Shown: one piece after another, positions 48,152-61,600 of the stretch
How the letters are laid out: each line of letters opens with the position of its first letter
Numbering within the stretch: the stretch's first letter is position 1
Source of the DNA: Macrostomum lignano
Taxonomy: Eukaryota
Assembly: GCA_002269645.1 (NCBI GenBank)
Contig: NIVC01000413.1
Coordinates: 62,001-126,000, forward strand
DNA length: 64,000 nucleotides
Direction of reading: 5' to 3'
Made by a program: the position numbers and the translations under genes
Notes under the pieces: generated by a model
Databases searched by the model: none
What the model saw: only the letters and a program-made list of their open reading frames with translations
Told to the model about the DNA's origin: nothing

Positions 48152-51100
48152 CTAGCAATCTTCGCCCCCCGATGGGGGACATCTAGATAGAATCTCTGTT
48201 CTCTACAAGTATCAATAAGATGGCCAAACAAAGCCTTCACATAGTCAATAGAAAAACTGCTCAGATGAAGTGCAATGCAAAAAGAAAACATCCTAAGACA
48301 ACAAGCATCCCCCCAGATAGCAAGCACCTCCAGATAGCAAGCACCCCCCCAGATAGCAGGCACCCCCAGTTAGCAAGCACCCCCAGATAGCAAGCACCCC
48401 CCAGATAGCAGGCACCCCCAGATAGCAAGCACCCCCAGATAGCAAGCATCCCCCCAGATAGCAAGCACCCCCAAGATAGCAGGCACCCCCCCCCCAGATA
48501 GCAAGCATCCCCCAGATAGCAAGCACCCCAGATAGCAAGCACCCCAGATAGCAAGCACCCCCAGATAGCAGGCACCCCCAGATAGCAGGCACCCCAGATA
48601 GCAAGCACCCCAGATAGCAAGCACCCAGAGATAGCAGGCACCCCCAGATAGCAGGCACCCTCCAGATAGCAAGCACCCCCAGATAGCAAGCACCCCCAGA
48701 TAGCAGGCTCTCCCAGATAGCAAGCACCCCCAGATAGCAGGCGACATGGTGGCTTTTTACTGTTAGACATGGTGGCTCTTCTATTTTTGACATGGTGGTT
48801 CTTTAATGTTCGACATGGTGGTTCTTTAATGTTCGAAATGGTGGTTATTTAATGTTTGACATGGTGGCTCTTTAATGTTCGATATGGTGGCACTTTAATT
48901 TTTGACATCATGCCGGATTTATGTTTGACATGGTGGCTCTTTAATGTTCGACATGGTGGCTCTTAGGTTTGACATGGTGGCTCTTTAATGTTCGAAATAG
49001 TGGCTCCTTAATGTTCTTCATGGTGGCTCTTTTTTATTCGACATGGTGGCTCTTTTTTGTTCTACATGGTAACTCTTTTATGTTTGATACGGCGGCTTTT
49101 TAATGTCTGACATGGTGGCTCTTTAATGTTCGACAAAGTGGCTCTTTAATGTTCGACATGGTGGCTCTTTAATGTTCGACATAGTGGCTCTTTAATGTTC
49201 GAAATGGTGGCTCTTTAATGTTTGACATAAAGTCACATATATGTTTGACATAAAGTCACATATATGTTTGACATAAAGTCACATATATGTTTGACATAAA
49301 GTCACATATATGTTTGACATAAAGTCACATATATGTTTGACATAAAGTCACATATATGTTTGACATGGTGGCGTTTTTTAATATCTGACATGGTGGTTCT
49401 ACTATGTTTGACATGGTGGCTCTTTAATGTATAACATGGTGGCTCTTTTATGTTTGACATGGTGGCTCTTAAATGTTTGACATGGTGGCTCTTTAATATT
49501 CTACATGGTGGCTCTTTTTTGTTCGACATGGTGGCTCTTTTTTGTTCTACATGGTAACTCTTTTATGTTTGATACGGTGGCTTTTTAATGTCTGACATGT
49601 TGGCTCTTTTATGTTTGACATGGTGGCTCTTTAATGTTCGACATAGTGGCTCTTTAATGTTTGACATGGTGGCTCTTTAATGTTCGAAATGGTGGCAAGC
49701 ATCCTCAGACAGCATTCAAGCATCGATCCCCAAATAGCGAAATCCTCCAGACTGCAAACATCCCCCAGATAGCAAGCATCCCCTCGATAGCAAGCATCCC
49801 CCAGATAGCAAGCATCCCCCAGACCCCAGATAGTAAGCATCCCCCAGACTGCAAGCAACCCCTGAAGCAAGCATCCCCCAGATAGCAAGCACCCCTCAGA
49901 TAGCAAGCATCCCCCAGATAGCAAGCACCCCTCAGATAGCAAGCATCCCCCAGACCGCAAGCAACCCCAGATAGCAAGCATTAACCTGGATACAAAGAGA
50001 CCTTATAGATATCTAGCAACCCCCTCTTAGATAGCAAGTACCCTCCACCCCCCAAGAGCAAGCATCTCCCAATAGCAAGTTACCCCAGTAGCAAGCATCC
50101 TTCCGATAGCAAGCATCCCCTTGATAGCAAGTATCCATCCTTATAATAGCAAGCATCCACCAGAGAAAGTAGCTAGTGCAACAATTTCCTTAGATTTATG
50201 GTGGCTCCATTTCTTTTGGCATGACACTTCTTTTATGTTTGAAACGGTGTCTCTTTTATGTTTAAAAAGGTGGCTCTTTAATGTTGACATAGTGGCTCTT
50301 CTATGTTTACCATGGCGGCCCTTTTACGTTTGAAATGTTGTCTCTGTTATGTTTGACATGGTGGCTCTTCTATGTTTGGCATGGTGGCTCTTCTATGTTT
50401 GGCATGGTGTCTCTTCTTTGTTTGACATGGTGGCTTAGTTGTTTGACATGGTGGCTCTTTTATGTTTGACATGCAGTCACATATATGTTTGACATGATGG
50501 CGCTTTAATGTTTGACATGGAGTCACGTATATGTTTGACATGGTGGCTCTTTTATGTTTGGCATGGTGGCTCTTTTACGTTTAACATGGTGGCTCTTTAA
50601 TTTTCGACATGGTGGCTCTTTAATGTTTGACATTAAGTCACGTAAATGTTTGACATGATGGCCCTTTTATATTTTACATGGTAGCTCTTTTATATTTTAC
50701 ATGGTGGCTCTTTATGTTTGACATGGTGGCTCTTTAATGTTCGACATGGTGGCTCTTTAATGTTTGACATGGTAACTCTTTTATGTTCGACATGGTGGCT
50801 CTTTTATGTTCGACATGGCTGCTCTTTTATGTTCCACATGGTGGCTCTTGTATGTTCGACATGGTCGCTCTTTTAGGTTTGAAATGGTGGCTCTTTAATA
50901 TTTGACAAGGTGGCTCTTTAATGTTCGACATGGTGGCTCTTTAATGTTTGACATGGTGGCTCTTTTAGGTTTGAAATGGTGGCTTTTTAATATTTGACAA
51001 GGTGGCTCTTTAATGTTCGACATGGTGGCTCTTTAATGTTTGACATGGTGGCTCTTTTAGGTTTGAAATGGTGGGTCTTTAATGCTTGACAATGTGGCTC

Positions 51101-52697
51101 TTTAATGTTTGACATGGCTCTTTAATGTTCGACATGGTGGCTCTCTAATGTTTGACATGGTAACTCTTTTATGTTTGATATGGTGGCTCTTTTATGTTCG
51201 ACATGGTGGCTCTTTAATGATTGACATGGTGGCTCTTTAATGTTTGACATGGTGGCTCTTTAATGTTTGACATGGTGGCTTTTGAATGTTCGACATGGTG
51301 GCTCTTTAATGTTCGACATGGTGGCTCCTTTAGGTTTGAAATGGTGGCTCTTTAATGTTTGACATTGTGGCTTTTTAATGTTTGACATGGTGGCTCTTTA
51401 ATGTTCGACATGGTGGCTCCTTTAGGTTTGAAATGGTGGCTCTTTAATGTTCGACATTGTGGCTCTTTAATGTTTGACATGGTGGCTCTTTAATGTTCTT
51501 AATGGTGTCTGTTTTATGTTTGACATGGTGGCTCTTCTATGTTCGACATGGTGGCTCTTTAATGTTTCACATGGTGGCTCTTTAATTTTCGAAATGTTGG
51601 CTGTTTTATGTTTGACAAGGTGGCTCTTTAATGTTCGACATGGTGGCTCCTTTAGGTTTGAAATGGTGGCTCTTTAATGTTTGACATTGTGGCTTTTTAA
51701 TGTTTGACATGGTGGCTCTTTAATGTTTGACATGGTGGCTCCTTTAGGTTTGAAATGGTGGCTCTTTAATGTTCGACATTGTGGCTCTTTAATGTTTGAC
51801 ATGGTGGCTCTTTAATGTTCTTAATGGTGTCTGTTTTATGTTTGACATGGTGGCTCTTCTATGTTCGACATGGTGGCTCTTTAATGTTTCACATGGTGGC
51901 TCTTTAATTTTCGAAATGTTGGCTGTTTTATGTTTGACAAGGTGGCTCTTTAATGTTCGACATGGTGGCTCTTTAATTTTTAACATGGTAACTCTTTTAT
52001 GTTTGATATGGTGGCTCTTTAATGTTTGACATTGTGGCTCTTTAATGTTCGACATGGTGGCTCCTTTAGGTTTGACATGGTGGCTCTTCTATTGTGCTTT
52101 TTTATGTTTAGCAGTTTTTTTGTTTTTAAGGGTGTTTTAATAAAAAAATTATTTTGCGCTTCTAAGATTCGAACCCAGGTCGCTACATTAGCATTCCAGT
52201 CTGTTCGCATCTTTCTTGGCTATCTCTTTTCAATTGGAGAACATGAATTGTGGCCCTTATAATTCAATTCTTACAGCAAGTCAATTGGAGTAAAAAGTTA
52301 TGACATAATCAATTTCTCAGTCAGCCAGTATCAGTCTCACTTCAAGTTAGCAATATGGTTACGCAATTTAAATCAAGTCGTGTGTGCATTTCTTCGGCAC
52401 TGTTTTCAACTTGTTGTGATGCAATCTTTATCACAATCGGAATTCAGTCAGTCAGTTTTTCTCTAGCATTCTTACAATGCATTTCAGGTCGAAAGAGCTG
52501 CTTGACCTTTGCAAAAAAGCATGTTTTTCGAATATTTAATCCCTTTATCATTGAGCAATTTCTTAGCCAAGATGCATGTACCGTCCCAAGAAAATTTCTG
52601 ATCGAATGGTGCAAGTTTGAAGAAAATCGGTTGAGCCATTTTTTCTGAAATCTATCGCATACCTACCTACCCACAGACAACTCATTTTTAGTATATA
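48152..52697 (-). mobile_element. Helitron A5 (4546 bp), chimeric: two 17/18-mer blocks (48290-48740 and 49695-50160) and two 23-mer blocks
   Basis: Second block begins GCAAGCATCCTCAGACAGCATTCAAGCATCGATCCC as in A3 (about 39490); 5' end lacks the first TCC and joins family B. Confidence 0.8.
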
Positions 52698-55600
52698 CGA
52701 GGCCAACTCCTCCTCTGGAGGAGAAAGGGGAAGAATTCCCATCACCGGAACTCCATTCCCTGAAATGCCATTCCCTGAATCCCATCATCCAACTCCTCTC
52801 CGCGAAACTGAACATCATCGAAATCCTCTCCGTAAAAGATAACTCCATCAAAAACCTCTCCGTGAAACTGACATTCATCAAAATCCTCTCCGAGAAACAG
52901 AAATCCTCTCCGTTAAACTGGACTTCATGGAAATCCTCTGCGTGAAACTGACATCCATCAAAATCGTCTCCGCGAAACAGAAATTCTCTCCTTAAAACTG
53001 GACTGAATCGAAATTTTCTCCGTCAAAAAGAATCAACTCTCAGGATTTAGTGGTTAGGGTTAGGGTTAGGGTTAGAGCTACAACGCAGCAGCGTGTTGAA
53101 AGGCGCCGATAAAAAATTGAACCAATTAAATTCATTGAATGCGCAACCGATTTCACAGTCAGTCAGTATCAGTCTCGGTAAAAGTTAACAAAAAGATTGC
53201 GCAAACTAAATCAACCCTTCAATACACAGCGACTGACCCCCTTCCGCAGTGGCAATTAAAAGTTGAACCGCCCCTCCCCTCCCACCAACTGTTCGGGGGT
53301 TGGTCGAACCCCCATTGAACTCCAAAATGAGTAACACTGCAGAAAGTTAAAAGTATGGAAATCGTTTTTTAAATGCTGTGCTTTTTGTTTTCACATTTAA
53401 AGCAAACAACTTATATCCCCGAACTCAGCGTTGCAAGATCTTTCCAGCAATATAAGTCTCTCAAAGTAAAAAACTCGAGGATCAGTTTGCGTTTGAAATT
53501 TCCCGATTTAAAGCATTGAACCATCGAGTGTACGTTCAGTGCGTGCTAAAGATGCTCGCAAGTTTATTCAAATTGAATTCACTGTCCAACAAATAAATAC
53601 ACAGGGCTGCCTATTGAAAATCAGAACATATATCGTTGCGCAATTTTCTATTCAGTCAGTCAGCCCGTGCGCCAAGGTAAAAGTGTACACACGCCGCCAC
53701 TGAGAACGCGACCATCCCCCCACTGGAGAGAAAATACACTGCCAAGATAGCAAAATTTTATGGCGCAATCACTAAAATTCATACAAATTTTCAGCTCCGA
53801 GCAGAAAGAGGGGACAATTAAGATTATCAAAGGTCAGAATTGCCGTTTTCTGCTTTTTTAGGGATCTTAAAATGTAAAAATAAAAGTATGGAAATCGTTT
53901 TTTAAATGCTGTGCTTTTTGTTTTAACATTTAAAGCAAACAACTTATATCCCCGAACTCAGTATTGCAAGATCTTTCCAGCAATATAAGTCTCTCCTCTC
54001 AAAGTTTAAAACTCGAGGAACAGTTAGCGTTTGAAATTTACCGATTTCCCGACTGCTTGCTAGAGATAGAGAAGCTCGCAAGTTTATTCATTGAATTTCA
54101 CTGCCTAGCTAATACACAGGGCTGCCTATGGAAAAAAGGCGCCAATAATAAAACCAAATGAATCTCGACACAGTCTATCTGTTTACACTGTACAACTGCT
54201 ATGTACACTCAGCTCAAGCCCAACCCCCGTTCTGGGGGAAGCATTAAATTTAACTCAACCCCCTAACACGCGGGGGGTTTTATTTGCATTGAACCCAGAA
54301 CACGCGCACCCACCACCCCTCAATACACAGCGGCCCGCGGGCGGAGGTTGGGGTGGCTATTTTTACAAACTGGCTGCAGCCCCAGGCAGAGTGGCCAAAG
54401 AAGGTTATTGAGGGTTAAAAAAACAGTTTTCTGCTTTTTTAGGGATCTTAAAATGTAAAAATGAAAGATTAAAATAGCTATAAACCCAATCCGGAAAATT
54501 TGCAGTTTTCCCATATAAGTTTCAACGCTGACTTGCCAGTAGTCTAGGAGAAAAATTGCAACACACAAACAAACATCGCATCAGTTTTAGTATTAAGAGG
54601 ATTTAGTATATTTACGAGGCCAACTCCTCCTTCGGAGAAGAAAGGGGAAGAACTCCAATCAGCGGAATTCCATTCCCTGAACTCCATCAGCGGAATCCCA
54701 TTTTCCAACACCTCTCCGCGCAACAGAAATCGTCTCCGTGAAACTGAACACTATCGAAATCCTCTCCGTGAAACTGAACACCATCGAAATATTCTCCGCG
54801 AAATAGAAATCCTCTCCGTGAAACTGGACTAAATCGAAATTTCTACGTCAAACAGCCCAGCTCTCGGAATTCATTGGTTAAGGTTAGGGTTAGGGTTAGA
54901 GCTACACACAGCTGCGTGTTGAAAGACGCCGTAAAAACATTGAACCAATTAAATTGCGCAACTTATTTCTCAGGCAGTCAGTATCAGCCTCAGTTAAAGT
55001 TAACAAAAAGATTGCGCAATCTAAATCAACCCTCAAATACACAGCAACCGACCCCCCTTCCAATACGCAGTGCAGCTAGAAATTGAACCCCCCCCCTCAC
55101 CAACTATTGGGGGGTCGGTCGAACCCCCATTGAACTCCAAAATGAGAACAATCTTTGCAGAAAGCTAAAAGTATGAAAATCTTTTCTTGAATGCTGTGAA
55201 TTTAATTTTCATATTTAAAGCAAAAAACTTATATCCCCGAACTCAGTGTTGCAAGATCTTTCCAGCAATATAAGTCTATTCTTTTAAAGTTTAGAACTCG
55301 AGCAACAGTTAGCGTTTGAAATGTCCCGATTTAAAGCATTGAAGTATCGAGTGTACGTTCACCTGCCTGCTAAAAAGGCTCGCATGTTGATGCATTGAAT
55401 TTCAGTGTGCAAAAAATACACCGGGCTGCCTAATTGAAAATCAGAGCACGTATCGTTGCGCAATTGTCTATACAGTCAGCCCGTGCGCCAAGGTCCAAGT
55501 GTACACACGCCGCCACTGAGAACGCGAGCACCCCCACTGGAGAGAAAATACACTGCAGAGATAGGAGAAAGTTATGGCGCAATCGCTCAAAATTCATGCA

Positions 55601-58600
55601 AATTTTTAGCTCCAAGCAGAAAGAGGGGACAAATAAGATGATCAAAGGTCAAGATTGCAGTTTTTTGCTTTTTTCGGGATCTTAAAATGTAAAAATAAAA
55701 AATTGAAATAGCCCACTGCCATCCTCGGAAAATTTGCAGTTTTCCCATATAAGTTTCGACGCTGACTTGCAAGTCGTCTAGGAGGAGATATGTATCACAC
55801 AGACAATCATCGCACCAACTTTAGTATTAGGACGAGGCCAACTCCTCCGATGGAGGAGAAAGGGGAAGAACTCCCATCACCGGAATTCCATTCCCTGAAA
55901 CCCCTTAGCTGAATCCCATGACCCGAATCCCATCATCAAAACATCTTCAAATCCATCAAACTCCTCTCCGCGAAACAGAAATCCTCTCCGTGAAACTGAA
56001 AACCATCGAAATCCTCTCCGTAAAACTGGACTCAATCGAAATTTTCTCCGTCAAAAAGAACTCAACTCTCAGGGTTCAGTGCCATCAGTGGTCTAGGGTT
56101 AGGGTTAGAGCTGCACAGAGCTGCGGGTTGAAGGCGCCGATAAGAATATTGAATTAATTGAATCAATTTATTGCGCAACCGATTTCTCATTTAGTCAGTA
56201 TCAGGCTCAGGTAAAGTTAACAAAATGATTGCGCAATCTAAATCAACCCTCCAATACACAGTGGCAGTAAGAAGTTGAACCCTTCCCATAACTTTATCTA
56301 TTACGTCTCGCGAAACTAAGTGTAATCTTTGCAGAAAGTTAAAAGTTCGGAAATAGTTTTTGAATGCTGTCCTTTTTGTTTTCATATTTAAAGCAAACAA
56401 CTTATACCTCCAAACTCAGTGTTGCAAGCTCTTTCCGGCAATATAAGTTTTTTCTCTTAAAGTTTAGAACTCGAGGAGCAGTTAGCGTTTACAACTTTCC
56501 GATTTAAAGCATTGAAATATCGAGTGTACGCTCACCGCCTGTTAAAGCGACTCGCAAGTTATGCAATGAATTTAACTGTCCTACAATACACAGGCTTCAT
56601 ATTGAAAGGCAGAACAACTTAACAGTAGCCAAATCATTGCGCAATCATCTATACAGTGCGCCAGTGAGCTAGGGTCCAATTGTACACACGCAGCCACTTA
56701 GAACGCCCCATCCCCCAACTGGAGAGAAATGCACTGGCGAGATAGGAGAAAGTTATGGCGCAAGCAATCAAAATTGATGCATTTTATCAGCTCCGAGCAG
56801 AAAGAGGGGACAAATAAGATTATCAAAGGTCAAGATTGCAGTTTTCTGCTTTTTTAGGGATCTTAAAATGTGAAAATAAAAAATTGAAATAGCCCACTGC
56901 AGTCCCCGGAAAATTTGCAGTTTACCCATATAAGTTTCAACGCTGACTTGCAAGTATTCTAGGAGGAGTTATGCAACACACAAACAAACAGACAAACAAA
57001 CAAACAATCATCGCACCAACTTTAGTATTAGGACGAGGCCAACTCCTCCGATGGAGGAGAAAGGGGAAGAACTCCCATCACCGGAATTCCATTTCCTGAA
57101 ACCCCTTAGCTGAATCCCATGACCCGAATCCCATCATCAAAACATCTTCAAATCCATCAAACTCCTCTCCGCGAAACAGAAATCCTCTCCGTGAAACTGA
57201 AAACCATCGAAATCCTCTCCGTAAAACTGGACTCAATCGAAATTTTCTCCGTCAAAAAGAACTCAACTCTCAGGGTTCAGTGCCATCAGTGGTCTAGGGT
57301 TAGGGTTAGAGCTGCACAGAGCTGCGGGTTGAAGGCGCCGATAAGAATATTGAATTAATTGAATCAATTTATTGCGCAACCGATTTCTCATTTAGTCAGT
57401 ATCAGGCTCAGGTAAAGTTAACAAAATGATTGCGCAATCTAAATCAACCCTCCAATACACAGTGGCAGTAAGAAGTTGAACCCTTCCCATAACTTTATCT
57501 ATTACGTCTCGCGAAACTAAGTGTAATCTTTGCAGAAAGTTAAAAGTTCGGAAATAGTTTTTGAATGCTGTCCTTTTTGTTTTCATATTTAAAGCAAACA
57601 ACTTATACCTCCAAACTCAGTGTTGCAAGCTCTTTCCGGCAATATAAGTTTTTTCTCTTAAAGTTTAGAACTCGAGGAGCAGTTAGCGTTTACAACTTTC
57701 CGATTTAAAGCATTGAAATATCGAGTGTACGCTCACCGCCTGTTAAAGCGACTCGCAAGTTATGCAATGAATTTAACTGTCCTACAATACACAGGCTTCA
57801 TATTGAAAGGCAGAACAACTTAACAGTAGCCAAATCATTGCGCAATCATCTATACAGTGCGCCAGTGAGCTAGGGTCCAATTGTACACACGCAGCCACTT
57901 AGAACGCCCCATCCCCCAACTGGAGAGAAATGCACTGGCGAGATAGGAGAAAGTTATGGCGCAAGCAATCAAAATTGATGCATTTTATCAGCTCCGAGCA
58001 GAAAGAGGGGACAAATAAGATTATCTAAGGTCAAGATTGCAGTTTTCTGCTTTTTTAGGGATCTTAAAATGTGAAAATAAAAAATTGAAATAGCCCACTG
58101 CAGTCCCCGGAAAATTTGCAGTTTACCCATATAAGTTTCAACGCTGACTTGCAAGTATTCTAGGAGGAGTTATGCAACACACAAACAAACAGACAAACAA
58201 ACAAACAATCATCGCACCAACTTTAGTATTAGGAGATGCAAGTCGTCTAGGAGGAGATATGTATCACACAGACAAACAACGCACCAGTTTTAGTATTAAG
58301 AATGCAAGTCGTCTAGGAGGAGATATGTATCACACAGACAAACAACGCACCAGTTTTAGTATTAAGATGCAAGTCGTCTAGGAGGAGATATGTATCACAC
58401 AGACAAACAACGCACCAGTTTTAGTATTAAGAATGCAAGTCGTCTAGGAGGAGATATGTATCACACAGACAAACAACGCACCAGTTTTAGTATTAAGATG
58501 CAAGTCGTCTAGGAGGAGATATGTATCACACAGACAAACAACGCACCAGTTTTAGTATTAAGACGAGGCCAACTCCTCCGATGGAGGAGAAAGGGGAAGA

Positions 58601-61600
58601 ACTCCCATCACCGGAATTCCATTCCCTGAACTCCATCAGCTGAATCCCAAGACCCGAATCCCATTATCTAACTGTTCTCCAAATCCATCAAAATCCTCTC
58701 TGTGAAACTGAACACGATCGAAATCCTCTCCGCGAAACAGAAATCCTCTCCGTGAAACTGGACTCAATCGAAAGTTTCTCCGTCAAACAACTAAACTCTC
58801 AGGATTCAGTGGTTAGGGTTAGGGTTAGGGTTGGAGCTGCACAGAGCTGCGTGTTGAAAAGGTCCGATAAAAAATGAGATAATTGAATCAAAAGATTGCG
58901 CAATTTACGCTCGTATTTCTAAGTCAGTCAGTATCAGTCTCAGTTAAAGTTAACAAAAATATTGCGCAATCTAAATCAACCCTCCATCCAATACACAGCG
59001 ACCGACCCCCTTCCAATACGCAGTGGCAATTAGAAATTGAACCCCCCCCCCCCAACTGTTGGGGGTCAGTCGAACACCATTGAACTCCTAAAATGAGTAC
59101 AATCTTTGCAATAAGTTAAAAGTATGGAAATAGTTTTTCCAATGCAGAGCATTTAGTTTTCATATTTAAAGCAAACAATTTATATCCCCGAACTCAGCGT
59201 TGCAAGTTCTTTCCAGCAATATAAGTCTCTCCTCTCAAAGTTAAAAACTCCAGCAACAGTCTGAGTTTGAAATTTGCCGATTTATAGCATTGCAATATTG
59301 AGTGTACGTTCATACGTTCACTGCCTGCTAAAGAGGCCCGCAAGTTTATTCATTGAATTTCACTGTCTAACCAATGCACAGGGCAGTCAATTGAAAGGCG
59401 CTGATAATAAAACCAATTGAATCTCAGCACAATAGCCATATAATTGCGCTTACTTACCCACCACCCCACGAAATACACACAGTTCAATTTTTCAGCCGGG
59501 GTCCGCTTGTACACACGCTGCCACTGAGAACGCGACCAACCCCCACTGGCGAGAAAATACACTACAGAGATAGGAGAAAGTTGTGGCGCAATCGCTCAAA
59601 ATCATGCAAATTTTCGGCTCCGAGCAGAAAAAGTGTCCAGAGAAGGTTAGGAAATCAGTTTTCTGCTTTTTTAGGGATCTTAAAATGTGAAAATAAAAAA
59701 TTGAAATAGCCCACTGCAGTCCCCGGAAAATTTGCAGTTTCCCCATATAAGTTTCAACGCTGACTTGCAAGTATTCTAGGAGGAGTTATGCAACACACAA
59801 ACAAACAGACAAACAAACAAACAATCATCGCACCAACTTTAGTATTAGGAGACGAGGCCAACTCCTCCTTCGGAGAAGAAATGGGAAGAACTCCCATCAC
59901 TGGAATTCCATTCCCTGAACTCCATCAGCTAAACTCAACTCTCAGAATTCATTGGTTAGGGTTAGGGTTAGAGCTACACACAGCAGCGTGTTGAAAGGCG
60001 CCAATAAAATATTGAACTAATTGAATCAATTGATTGCGCAACCGATTTCTCAGTCAGTCAGTATAAAGTTAGCAAAAAGATTGCGCAATCTATTGTAAAT
60101 CAACCCTCCAATACACAGCGACCGACCCCCTCCAATACTCAGTGGCAGTTAGAAGATGAAACCAACCCCCGGAACCCCCATGAACCCCTAAAATGAATAA
60201 AATCTTTGCCGACAGTAAAAAGTATGAAAAACTTTTTCCATTGCTCCGCCTTCATTTTTTCTACTTTAAAGCAAACAATTTTTATACCCGAACTCAGCGT
60301 TGCAAGCTCTTTTCAGCAATATAAGTCTCTCCTCTCAAAGTTTAATACTCAAAGAAAATTTAGCGTTTGAAAGTTCCCGTTTTAAAGCATTGAAATATCG
60401 AGTGTACGTTCACTACTGCCTGCTGGCACAAATAATAAAACAAATTGATGGCGCAATTCATTTCTCCGTCAGTCAGTATCAGTCTCAGTTAAAATTATTA
60501 CGCAAACTAAATCAACCCTCCAATGCTCAGAGACTGACCCCTTGCAATACGCAGTGGCGGTTAGAAATTGAACCCACCCCCCCCCCCCCAACTGTTGGGG
60601 GGTCGGTCGAACCCCCATTCAATCCAAAATGAGTACACTCTTTGCAGAAAGTTAAAAGTATGAAAATCTTTTATAGAATGCAGTGCTTTCAGTTTTTTTG
60701 ATTTAAAGCAAGCAACTTATATTCCCGAACTCAGCATTGAAAGATCTTTCCAGCAATATAAGTCTCTCCTCTCAAAGTAAAAAACTCGAGGAACAGTTAG
60801 CGTTTGAAATTTCCCGATTTAAAGCATTGAACCATCGAGTGTACGTTCAGTGCGTGCTAAAGATGCTCGCAAGTTTATTCAAATTGAATTCACTATCCAA
60901 CAAATAAATACACAGGGCTGCCTATTGAAAATCAGAACATATATCGTTGCGCAATTTTCTATACAGTCAGTCAGCCCGTGCGCCAAGGTAAAAGTGTACA
61001 CACGCCGCCACTGAGAACGCGACCATCCCCCACTGGAGAGAAAATACACTACAGAGATAGGAGAAAGTTGTGGCGCAATAGCTCAAAATTCATGCAAATT
61101 TTCGGCTCCGAGCAGAAAAAGTGACCAGAGAAGGTTAGGAAATCAGTTTTCTGCTTTTTTAGGGATCTTAAAATGTGAAAATAAAAAATGGAAATAGCCC
61201 ACTGCAGTCCCGGGAAAATTTGCAGTTTACCCATATAAGTTTCAACGCTGACTTGCAAGTATTCTAGGAGGAGTTATGCAACACACAAACAAACAGACAA
61301 ACAAACAAACAATCATCGCACCAACTTTAGTATTAGGACGAGGCCAACTCCTCCGATGGAGGAGAAAGGGGAAGAACTCCCATCACCGGAATTCCATTCC
61401 CTGAACTCCATCAGCTGAATCCCAAGACCCGAATCCCATTATCTAACTGTTCTCCAAATCCATCAAAATCCTCTCTGTGAAACTGAACACGATCGAAATC
61501 CTCTCCGCGAAACAGAAATCCTCTCCGTGAAACTGGACTCAATCGAAAGTTTCTCCGTCAAACAACTAAACTCTCAGGATTCAGTGGTTAGGGTTAGGGT

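Noticed and set aside
22135-52262. Many 60-175 aa ORFs with GGACYLG, DSKHPP and MSNIKEPP repeats
   Set aside because: Products of the 17/18- and 23-bp arrays inside Helitrons
53040-53080. Chromosome end / true telomere
   Set aside because: Only 2-3 hexamers per site, at a fixed internal position in a repeated element
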